From Candidatus Magasanikiibacteriota bacterium (GTDB taxonomy: Bacteria; Patescibacteriota; Patescibacteriia; Magasanikbacterales; UBA922), in the NCBI GenBank assembly GCA_014729395.1, contig WJJZ01000004.1, forward strand, positions 1 through 61,724: DNA of 61,724 nt, written 5' to 3'. The position numbers and the translations under genes were made by a program. Shown in pieces: positions 17,844-25,869 of this stretch. How positions within the stretch are numbered: the first letter of the stretch is position 1; each line of letters starts with the position of its first letter. The notes beneath the pieces were generated by a model. The model did no database searches. It saw only the letters and a list, made by a program, of their open reading frames with translations, and had not been told where the DNA came from.

Positions 17844-19055
17844 ATGAAAAAAATTATAAAATATTTTTTTATTGCATTGATTCTATTTACTTTTGTGCCT
17901 TCAATTGTTTTTGCATCGTCAGACTCCGGAATTGATGAAGAGATTGATAAAATTAATTTCAGTCTCTTTCATTCGTTCACCTGTCCGCATTGTAAAGATG
18001 AGATTGAGTTTATTAATAATGAGTTGGAACCCGAATATGGTGAGTGGGTTGAATTTAATTTATATGAAATCAGTGATCCTGAAAATCAAAAATTACTGGA
18101 TCAGTATGCTTATTTCTATAAGGCCTCGGTTAGCGGGGTGCCGATAACATTTATAGATGGACAGGTGGTATATGGATATGACAATGAAAAGACTACAGGA
18201 CAAGAACTAATAAGCATAATAGAAACAAAACTTAAGGAAAAAGGGATAGTTTATGAAAAAGATGCTAATGTCGAATCTGCAGAAAAGTTTGATCCATCTG
18301 ATTTTGTCACCGTTCCGGTGATTGGCGAGATTAATGCAAAGACTTTTTCGTTGCCTCTTTTGACGGTTATGATAGGATTACTCGATGGCTTCAATCCTTG
18401 TGCCATGTGGGTTTTACTTTTTTTAATTTCCTTGCTTTTAGGCATTGAGAACAGAAAAAGAATGTGGATTCTTGGATTGTTGTTTATAGTATCGTCCGGC
18501 TTGGTATATTTTTTCTTCATGGCTGCTTGGTTGCATTTTTTGATGTTTGTGGGGATGATATTTTTCGTACGTATCATTATCGGTTTGGTGGCAATTGGCG
18601 TAGGCGGATACAACCTGCGTGATTATTGGAAAAATAGAAAGTCAGACGGTGTAGTTTGTAAAGTATCCAATAAAGAAGGTACTAAAAAGACTTTTGATAA
18701 AATAAAAGACATTGTTTATAAAAAAAGTCTGCTATGGAGTATTACGGGAATAATACTACTTGGTTTTTCAGTAAATTTGGTTGAGTTGGCTTGTTCGGCC
18801 GGCTTTCCGGCAATTTTTACACAAATTTTGGCAATCAGTGACGTGGCTATGTGGAAACGATATCTTTATATGGCTGGATATATATTCTTTTATATGCTTG
18901 ACGATATGATTGTGTTCGCAATTGCCATGATAACATTGAAATCAAAAGTGGTAGGCAGTAAATTTGCCAAATATTCAAATCTTATAGGTGGGCTGATAAT
19001 TTTTGTTCTCGGTTTGCTATTGATTTTTAAACCCGCGTGGCTAATGTTTTCCTAA
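17844..19055 (+). CDS. secreted thioredoxin/glutaredoxin-like domain (CPHC) fused to a DsbD/CcdA-like polytopic membrane domain
   Basis: Signal-like N-terminus, 'FHSFTCPHCKDE', and membrane-embedded Cys motifs 'DGFNPCAMWVL' and 'LACSAGFP'. I chose ATG 17844 because AAGAGG lies upstream. Confidence 0.65.
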   Translation: MKKIIKYFFIALILFTFVPSIVFASSDSGIDEEIDKINFSLFHSFTCPHCKDEIEFINNELEPEYGEWVEFNLYEISDPENQKLLDQYAYFYKASVSGVPITFIDGQVVYGYDNEKTTGQELISIIETKLKEKGIVYEKDANVESAEKFDPSDFVTVPVIGEINAKTFSLPLLTVMIGLLDGFNPCAMWVLLFLISLLLGIENRKRMWILGLLFIVSSGLVYFFFMAAWLHFLMFVGMIFFVRIIIGLVAIGVGGYNLRDYWKNRKSDGVVCKVSNKEGTKKTFDKIKDIVYKKSLLWSITGIILLGFSVNLVELACSAGFPAIFTQILAISDVAMWKRYLYMAGYIFFYMLDDMIVFAIAMITLKSKVVGSKFAKYSNLIGGLIIFVLGLLLIFKPAWLMFS

Positions 19056-19061
19056 AAAAAT

Positions 19062-19622
19062 ATGAATAATAACGAGAAAAGATTTTTATTGAAATTATCT
19101 CGTAAGTCAATCAAAAATTTTTTAGAAACGGGAGAGAAAATAGTACCCAAACCGGAAGAGATTAAGTATAAAGTTTTACGAGAAAAAAAAGCCTGTTTTG
19201 TAACTTTGAAGCAAGATAACCTGTTGAGGGGTTGTGTAGGACATATAGAATCATTTCAACCATTGTATAAAGATGTAATTGATAATTCCATATCCGCCGC
19301 TTTTCAAGACAATAGATTTGAACCGCTCAAAAGCCATGAATTGGATAAAATTAATATTGAAATTTCTGTTTTGTCTCCACCGGAGAAGATATCATTTAGC
19401 TGCAAGCAAGATTTGTTGGAACAAATTACAGTCGGAATTGATGGTGTGGTGTTAAAGAGGGGTGACTCTAGGGCTGTATATTTACCACAGGTTTGGTCGA
19501 AATTTACTAACAAAGAAGACTTTTTAGATTCACTGGCTGAAAAAGCCGGCTTGTCAAAGGATGCTTGGAAAGATAAAAAAATGGAATTTTATAAATTTTC
19601 AGTAATCGAATTTTCCGATTAA
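19062..19622 (+). CDS. AMMECR1-domain protein
   Basis: 'LRGCVGHIES..PL...V..NSISAAFQDNRF.PL' matches the AMMECR1 core motif. Confidence 0.85.
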   Translation: MNNNEKRFLLKLSRKSIKNFLETGEKIVPKPEEIKYKVLREKKACFVTLKQDNLLRGCVGHIESFQPLYKDVIDNSISAAFQDNRFEPLKSHELDKINIEISVLSPPEKISFSCKQDLLEQITVGIDGVVLKRGDSRAVYLPQVWSKFTNKEDFLDSLAEKAGLSKDAWKDKKMEFYKFSVIEFSD

Positions 19623-19630
19623 TAATATAT

Positions 19631-19660
19631 TTGTTGCTTGCCTGACAATTGTGGTATAAT
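19631..19660 (+). promoter_or_regulatory. extended -10 promoter candidate
   Basis: TTGTTG, 18-nt spacer, TGG-TATAAT. Hairpin GCGGA/TCCGC (19666-19684) follows at about +1. Confidence 0.45.
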
Positions 19661-19711
19661 TAAGTGCGGAGAATTGGATTCCGCTAATTTTTTATTATAA
19701 TTCTAGAAGTT

Positions 19712-21466
19712 ATGCCAATTGAGAGCATGCATGCAAAAGGCGCTAAAACCGAACAACGCGACGAAGATTTATGTCTTTTTGCGAAGACTAATTTTCGTAA
19801 TCAAATGAGACGTTTTGGTATAAAAACTGATGACAGAAGAAGGCATACATATATAATTGGTAAAACCGGCATGGGAAAAACCACCATGATGGAAAATATG
19901 GTTTTACAAGATATTTACAAAGGTCATGGTGTCGGGGTAGTTGATCCTCATGGGGATTTTGCCGAGAAAATTATTGATTATATTCCATCTCATAGAATAA
20001 ACGATGTTGTTTATTTTAATCCGGCTGATATCCAGTTTCCAATCGGATTTAATGTACTGGAAGTAAAGTCAGAAGAGCAAAGACATTTGGTTGCCGCCGG
20101 TTTGATGGGGATATTCAAGAAAATTTGGCCTGATGTTTGGTCTTCAAGAATGGAGTACATCTTAAACAATACCTTGGCGGCTTTGTTGGAATATCCCGGT
20201 TCGACTTTGTTGGGTATAAACAGACTATTGGCTGAAAAATCTTATCGCAGAAGAGTTATAAAAAAATTAACCGATCCGGTAATCAGATCATTTTGGCAAA
20301 ATGAATTTGCTCAATATAATGATAGATATGCACAGGAGGCCGTAGCTCCAATTCAAAATAAAATCGGTCAATTTTTGTCTGCAAATGTTATCAGAAACAT
20401 GGTTGCTCAAGTCAAGTCTACTATAAATATTAGAGATATAATGGATGAAGGTAAAATATTTATCATGAACCTGTCAAAGGGTAGGATCGGAGAAGACAAC
20501 AGTCGACTTCTTGGTGGTATGTTGATTACAAAAATACAGTTGGCCGCCATGGAAAGGGTTGATATGCCTGAGGAAAAAAGAAAAGATTTTTTTCTATACG
20601 TTGATGAATTTCAAAATTTTGCCACTCCCAGTTTTGCAAATATACTCTCAGAAGCCAGAAAATATCGTCTAAGCTTGATCATGGCTCATCAATATGTGGC
20701 TCAGCTGGATGAATTGGTTGCGGACGCTGTTTTTGGAAACGTTGGGACTATTGTAACTTTTAGGGTAGGTGGAGCTGACGCCGAAAAATTAGTGCGAGAG
20801 TTTACTCCCACATTTACAGAAGACGATATCGTAAATTTGGCAAAATTTCATATTTTTTTGAAATTGATGATAGACGGCGTTGCTTCCCAGCCTTTTAGTG
20901 CGGTTACTATGCCTCCGATCGGATCACCAACAGAGTCAAAAGAAAAAGTAATAAAGGTTTCAAGAGAAAGGTATGGTAAACCCAGGGATGTAATAGAAGA
21001 TAAAATTTTAAGATGGAGTGGGATGGAGGATTCTGATGAAGATTCTTCCGGAAATAAGTCCAAGCAGGGCAAACAACAGTACGATAAGAAAAATAAAACA
21101 AAAAAGAATCAAAATTATAATAAAAATAGTAGCAGAGACAGATCAAATAATCAGAGACAGGGTAACGATAAAAAAAGAGAGGTGACAAAGAAGAAATCAA
21201 ACACAAAGCCAAACACAAAAAAAGAAAATTTTGTTTCCCTTTCGGATTTAAAAAAGAAAACTGAAAAAAATAATCAATCAAAAAATAGTTCAAAAAATAC
21301 TTCTGGTAATCAAGTCCAAGATAATAAAAAAAATTTTCAGCGGTCTGAAAAAAGTCGTGATACAAAAAAATTTGATAAAAATAGGAGAGCAAAGAATGAT
21401 TCCCAACCTAAAAATAACAAAAAAAGCGGAAAATTGTCTCCTGACCAAGTAATTGAATTTGATTAA
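19712..21466 (+). CDS. VirD4/TraD/FtsK-HerA-like P-loop ATPase with long K/N/S-rich C-terminal tail
   Basis: Walker A 'GKTGMGKTT', Walker B-like 'FFLYVDEFQNF', and 'LSEARKYRLSLIMAHQ'. The last ~150 aa are low complexity. Confidence 0.75.
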   Translation: MPIESMHAKGAKTEQRDEDLCLFAKTNFRNQMRRFGIKTDDRRRHTYIIGKTGMGKTTMMENMVLQDIYKGHGVGVVDPHGDFAEKIIDYIPSHRINDVVYFNPADIQFPIGFNVLEVKSEEQRHLVAAGLMGIFKKIWPDVWSSRMEYILNNTLAALLEYPGSTLLGINRLLAEKSYRRRVIKKLTDPVIRSFWQNEFAQYNDRYAQEAVAPIQNKIGQFLSANVIRNMVAQVKSTINIRDIMDEGKIFIMNLSKGRIGEDNSRLLGGMLITKIQLAAMERVDMPEEKRKDFFLYVDEFQNFATPSFANILSEARKYRLSLIMAHQYVAQLDELVADAVFGNVGTIVTFRVGGADAEKLVREFTPTFTEDDIVNLAKFHIFLKLMIDGVASQPFSAVTMPPIGSPTESKEKVIKVSRERYGKPRDVIEDKILRWSGMEDSDEDSSGNKSKQGKQQYDKKNKTKKNQNYNKNSSRDRSNNQRQGNDKKREVTKKKSNTKPNTKKENFVSLSDLKKKTEKNNQSKNSSKNTSGNQVQDNKKNFQRSEKSRDTKKFDKNRRAKNDSQPKNNKKSGKLSPDQVIEFD

Positions 21467-21556
21467 CAGCCACTCGTCAAAAACTGTTAATAAATAAAAC
21501 TAACTATGATATACTAGTTTTCAGCTATATATTAATATTATTTAAGCTAAATAATT

Positions 21557-23929
21557 ATGCCACTAATAGATTCATCTGCCACTGATGGCTTGTCCTCGGG
21601 GCTCTACCATAAAATATTAAAAAAAGCCTCCACCGCCTTGTTGGTTGTGGGAACGGTGTTAATTCCGATTTTTTATCTTCCATTCACAATGGATGTATTA
21701 AATTTACCGAAACAGTTTTTACTTTATATTATTGTATTGTTGGGCTTGCTCTTATGGTTATCTCAGGTAGTTTTAACCAAGGAACTCATTTTACGCAGGA
21801 CTATTTTAGATATTCCTTTGGTTGTGTTTGGTGTACTATCCATTATTTCGGCTATCGTTTCATTGTCTACCTCGCTTAGTTTTTTGGGAAAGACAGATAG
21901 TTTTGTTTTAAATGTCGGGGCAATATTTTCATTAATTTTTTGGTTTTGGCTTGTTATTCAAAATATTGATGAGAAGAAAAAACTTGATTTATTAATAAAC
22001 TCACATTTAGTATCCGGAATTATATTGTGTGTAGTATTTTTGATTAGAAAGTGGTCTGTGGTCTCCGGCATTACAAACTCGGTTGGTGATAATTTGGTGA
22101 GTAGGTTTAATAGTATTTTTGCCGTATATGTAGCGGCATTATTGGTAATGTCGCTCGGTTTGCTGATGGTAAAAAGCAGGTCATTGATAAAGCAGATAAT
22201 CCCGGCATTAAGTCTTGTTTTTTCGGCAATAGTCCTGGCTAGAGTAAGTTTTACGGTCGGATGGGTGGTTTTGTTGGTTGGTTTGGCATTGCTTCTCGTT
22301 ATTGGTATTACCATGCTTGCCGAAACAAGGATCTTTGTAATATCCCTGGGATTTTTCTTATTCTTGTTGACAATATTGATTTTGTTTGTTGGAAGCCCAC
22401 AGTTTATTAAAACAAATTTACCGGTGGAGGTTTCTCTGGGTAACAAAACCTCATGGAAAGTTTCTTACCAAACCATAACCGGAGGTGTTAAACCATTTTT
22501 GCTGGGGTCGGGACCGGGTACTTTCATTTATGATTTTTCTCATTATCGTCCGGCAGAATTCAATGTTAGTCAAATTGCCTGGTCAACTCGATTTCAACAA
22601 CCTTTCAACAGTGTTTATGCTATCTTATCCGAATTTGGAATATTGGGCTTTGTATCATTTATTTTTGTATTCCTCTTGTCTATTGGGGCCGTATTTAGCG
22701 GCTGGTTGAGAACAAGACCTTCAATATGGAACAAAGTGAAAGGAAAAGTGAGTAAAAAAGTTGAGGATATGGATAGAGTGGAGTCGTTTATACCTGCGGC
22801 CGCATGGTTAGCTTTTTCGGTAGGTTTGTTTGTGGCCTTCTTTGATTCGGTTGCTTGGTGGGCTTGGTTTTGGTTTTTGTCTATCAGTATTGTCTCTTTG
22901 TCCATGGTCGTGCCGGAGCTGGTAAGAAAAAGAAAAGTTATGCTTCAGGTTTCACCTCAGTACGCACTGGCCATGTCATTTGGAATGGTTCTGTTGTTTT
23001 CCGCAATTATTATATTTGGAGCTTTTGGTTTTAGGTATTATTTAGCTGAAGTTGCTTATAGTGAAGCGGCACGAAGCAATAATTTGAATACAATGGAAAA
23101 GGAATTAACCACTTCAATAAGATATAGACCTTCATATCCGCAGTATCACATTGCTATTGCCAGGGTTTATTTACAAAAGGCCAAAAATCTAGTCGAAGTG
23201 GAGAATGCCTCGCCGGAAGAAGTGGCTCCGGTATTGGCAAAGGCGGTTAATGAAGCTAAGTTGGCCACAGATGTACAACCAAACAATGTTCAGACTTGGG
23301 ATATATTATCTCTTATGTATTTAAATGCCAGGGCGTTTGCACCTGATGCCAATCAGTGGGCAAGAGATGCTTTGCAAAAGGCGGTTGATTTGGAACCAAC
23401 AAATCCAACATTATATTGGCGTTTGGCCAATACATATATTTTTGATAATGATCTTGAACAAGCGGAAGAACATTACAAAAAAGCGATTGAATTGAAACCG
23501 GACTATATTGATGCTTATAGTGAACTTTCTCGAGTATATGAGGTACAAGAAAGATATGATGAGGCAATTGCTCTCTATGAGCCAATTATGCCGGTGGTAC
23601 AACAGCAACCCGGACTCTTGTTTGATCTGGGTAGATTATTTTATAACAGGGATTCAGAAGGGGATATAAAAAAGGCGGAAATTTCTTGGTTAAGAGCGGT
23701 TGAATTAATGCCGGATTATTCAAATGCATTATATGGTTTGGCTGTATTGTATGAAAAGACAGGAAATACTGAAAAATCCCTGGAATATTATAGAAGAGTG
23801 CAGGAGTTGAACCCGGATAACCAAGATTTACAATCCAAATTGGATAGCTTGATAAATCCTCCGCCTCCGGCACCGGTAACACCCGAAGCTGAAGAAGGAG
23901 AAGAGGTGGAAGAGCCAACAGAACAATAG
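21557..23929 (+). CDS. polytopic O-antigen-ligase-like membrane protein fused to C-terminal TPR repeats
   Basis: About 12 hydrophobic helices, then TPR-like units such as 'AEEHYKKAIELKPDYIDAYSELSRVY' and 'ALYGLAVLYEKTGNTEKSLEYYRRVQELNPDN'. Confidence 0.75.
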   Translation: MPLIDSSATDGLSSGLYHKILKKASTALLVVGTVLIPIFYLPFTMDVLNLPKQFLLYIIVLLGLLLWLSQVVLTKELILRRTILDIPLVVFGVLSIISAIVSLSTSLSFLGKTDSFVLNVGAIFSLIFWFWLVIQNIDEKKKLDLLINSHLVSGIILCVVFLIRKWSVVSGITNSVGDNLVSRFNSIFAVYVAALLVMSLGLLMVKSRSLIKQIIPALSLVFSAIVLARVSFTVGWVVLLVGLALLLVIGITMLAETRIFVISLGFFLFLLTILILFVGSPQFIKTNLPVEVSLGNKTSWKVSYQTITGGVKPFLLGSGPGTFIYDFSHYRPAEFNVSQIAWSTRFQQPFNSVYAILSEFGILGFVSFIFVFLLSIGAVFSGWLRTRPSIWNKVKGKVSKKVEDMDRVESFIPAAAWLAFSVGLFVAFFDSVAWWAWFWFLSISIVSLSMVVPELVRKRKVMLQVSPQYALAMSFGMVLLFSAIIIFGAFGFRYYLAEVAYSEAARSNNLNTMEKELTTSIRYRPSYPQYHIAIARVYLQKAKNLVEVENASPEEVAPVLAKAVNEAKLATDVQPNNVQTWDILSLMYLNARAFAPDANQWARDALQKAVDLEPTNPTLYWRLANTYIFDNDLEQAEEHYKKAIELKPDYIDAYSELSRVYEVQERYDEAIALYEPIMPVVQQQPGLLFDLGRLFYNRDSEGDIKKAEISWLRAVELMPDYSNALYGLAVLYEKTGNTEKSLEYYRRVQELNPDNQDLQSKLDSLINPPPPAPVTPEAEEGEEVEEPTEQ

Positions 23930-23938
23930 AAATAAACG

Positions 23939-23970
23939 GACGTGCATGCCAAGTGCACGTCTCGTTGTTA
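23939..23970 (+). terminator. terminator hairpin
   Basis: GACGTGCA (23939-23946) / TGCACGTC (23954-23961), with a T-rich tail. Confidence 0.55.
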
Positions 23971-23987
23971 TTATTAATCAAATATAT

Positions 23988-24383
23988 ATGAATTTGAAAA
24001 GATCAATTTTTTTTGCGGTTATACTCTGGATTTTTATTTTTATAATAATTTCAGTGCTAATGTTTTTGCCGCAACTTCAAGGAAATGATTTGGCAATAAA
24101 CATTGTTTTTTGGATTATATTAATTCCACTTGTATTATTGTTAGCGAAATGGTACTTTAAAAAAGATCCGCCCAATATTAAAAAAGGCTTTTATTTGGGT
24201 GTTATCACACTCATTATAGGAACTATACTTGATTTAACTATTACAATACCTTTTTTTGTGCATTCATATGCGGATTTTTACAGTGATTGGATGATGTGGT
24301 TCGGATTTGCTGAGTTGTTAGTATTAACGACGTTTGCGGGTTTTGAATTTGATAAAACTTTTACTAAAAGAGAAAATAACTAA
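23988..24383 (+). CDS. small polytopic membrane protein
   Basis: Four hydrophobic helices. I moved the start to ATG 23988, downstream of the terminator hairpin. Confidence 0.6.
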   Translation: MNLKRSIFFAVILWIFIFIIISVLMFLPQLQGNDLAINIVFWIILIPLVLLLAKWYFKKDPPNIKKGFYLGVITLIIGTILDLTITIPFFVHSYADFYSDWMMWFGFAELLVLTTFAGFEFDKTFTKRENN

Positions 24384-24389
24384 AAAAAT

Positions 24390-25238
24390 ATGGAAACAAT
24401 AAACCCTAAAGGTAAAAAGAAAATAATAGGAGGGATTATTGCTTTTGTAATATTTATGGTGCTTCTTAGTATAGCCAGTAGTTTTTGGGTAGTGGTTCCC
24501 GCAGGAGAGACCGGAGTTTTATCATTATTTGGAAAAGTCAAAGATAATGAATACTCATCCGGTTTTCATTTGAAAAATCCGTTTGTCAGGGTTACCTTGA
24601 TGACTATCCGTACACAGGATTATACGATGAGTATTACTCAGGGTGAAGGTGAGAGGTATGGGTCTGATGTTATTACCGCTCTTACAAAAGAAGGCTTAAG
24701 TGTGGATTTGGATATTACCGTTTTGTATCACCTACGAGAAGAAAAAGCATCAGATGTTTATCGCGATATCGGTTTAAATTATGATGAAGTGGTAATAAGA
24801 CCACAGATTAGAAGTGTTATTAGAGAAGTGATAGCTCAATATAATTCTAAAGATATTTATTCGGAAAAAAGACAAGAAGCGGCAAAAAAAATACTTGATC
24901 AGTTAAAAGTTAAAATTGATCCCCGAGGGATTGAAGTTGAAGATGTGTTACTAAGACATGTTGAATTGCCGGAAAATTTGGCAAACAGTATCCAGCAGAA
25001 GTTGCAAGCGGAACAGGAGGCGCAACGATATGATTTTATTTTGGAAGCAGAAGAAAAAGAAGCAGAGAGAAAAAGGATCGAAGCTGCGGGGCAAAGAGAC
25101 GCTCAGCAAATAATAAATCAGAGTTTGACAAGCAACTATTTGAATTATTTATACATTCAGAGCTTAAAAGACAGAGAAGGTACAATTTATGTACCGGTCA
25201 ACCCAAATACAGGTATTCCCATGTTTAGATCTCTATAA
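24390..25238 (+). CDS. SPFH/band-7 (prohibitin/HflC-like) protein
   Basis: N-terminal TM helix, 'VVVPAGETGV', and a coiled 'QQKLQAEQEAQR..EAEEKEAERKRIEAAGQRDAQ'. Confidence 0.88.
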   Translation: METINPKGKKKIIGGIIAFVIFMVLLSIASSFWVVVPAGETGVLSLFGKVKDNEYSSGFHLKNPFVRVTLMTIRTQDYTMSITQGEGERYGSDVITALTKEGLSVDLDITVLYHLREEKASDVYRDIGLNYDEVVIRPQIRSVIREVIAQYNSKDIYSEKRQEAAKKILDQLKVKIDPRGIEVEDVLLRHVELPENLANSIQQKLQAEQEAQRYDFILEAEEKEAERKRIEAAGQRDAQQIINQSLTSNYLNYLYIQSLKDREGTIYVPVNPNTGIPMFRSL

Positions 25239-25240
25239 TC

Positions 25241-25269
25241 TTGTCAAATAGAGATAATGCTGATATAAT
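25241..25269 (+). promoter_or_regulatory. sigma-70-like promoter
   Basis: TTGTCA, 17-nt spacer, TATAAT. The ~125-nt leader begins with hairpin CTATCA/TGATAG (25281-25302). Confidence 0.55.
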
Positions 25270-25397
25270 TAGTTCAAATTCTATCAGAAGATCAAATGAT
25301 AGAAGGAAAATTACGCAAAGGGTGATAAAACTGACAAAAAAAGTCTAGTCATCTTGCGAAAAAGGTCGTTAATATTAATAAAAAAGTAGAAAAAATT

Positions 25398-25688
25398 ATG
25401 GATAACCAAGGTGACAGACAAATGTTCGAGGTTGACATAGAATGCGGAGAATGCGGTACAAAAATTACCGAACTCCCATTTGAGCCATCCGGAGATCGAC
25501 CTGTATATTGTACAGCTTGTCTGAAAGAAAGAAGAAACAATAGAGGTGGCGGCCGTGGTGAACGAAAAATGTTTGATGTGGATATTGAGTGTGCAGATTG
25601 CGGTACTCATATCTCACAACTACCATTTCAACCACGTGGAGACGGTCCAATCTATTGCTTTGAATGCAACAAAAAGCGTAGAGGTTAA
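25398..25688 (+). CDS. tandem CxxC-x18-CxxC zinc-ribbon protein (two copies)
   Basis: 'MFEVDIECGECGTKITELPFEPSGDRPVYCTACLKERR' is repeated as 'MFDVDIECADCGTHISQLPFQPRGDGPIYCFECNKKRR'. It resembles the 'CxxC-x17-CxxC' family as I recall it. Confidence 0.8.
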   Translation: MDNQGDRQMFEVDIECGECGTKITELPFEPSGDRPVYCTACLKERRNNRGGGRGERKMFDVDIECADCGTHISQLPFQPRGDGPIYCFECNKKRRG

Positions 25689-25765
25689 TTCTCTCACATT
25701 TTAAAGAAATCCCTATTTATAGGGGTTTCTTGATTTTTAAGAAGGTTTTAGGGATAATACAGTGA

Positions 25766-25836
25766 ATTGGAGACTGGAGATTAGTGACTGGAGACTATTT
25801 GACTATAAAATCAATCTCTAGTCTCCAATCACCAGT
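25766..25836. repeat. inverted heptamer array (ATTGGAG/ACTGGAG vs CTCCAAT/CACCAGT), probable terminator
   Basis: ATTGGAG ACTGGAG ATTAGTG ACTGGAG (25766-25793) and CTCTAGT CTCCAAT CACCAGT (25816-25836), followed by TTTTTATTTTTT. Confidence 0.8.
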
Positions 25837-25869
25837 TTTTATTTTTTATCTAAATATTCTACTGTTCTT

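Noticed and set aside
20907-21392. 161-aa minus-strand ORF and its neighbour at 20848-21072
   Set aside because: They lie antisense to the K/N-rich tail of the VirD4-like ATPase and are low complexity, so I treat them as shadow ORFs.
23586-23981. 131-aa minus-strand ORF
   Set aside because: It lies antisense to the TPR region of the 790-aa protein and crosses the terminator hairpin.
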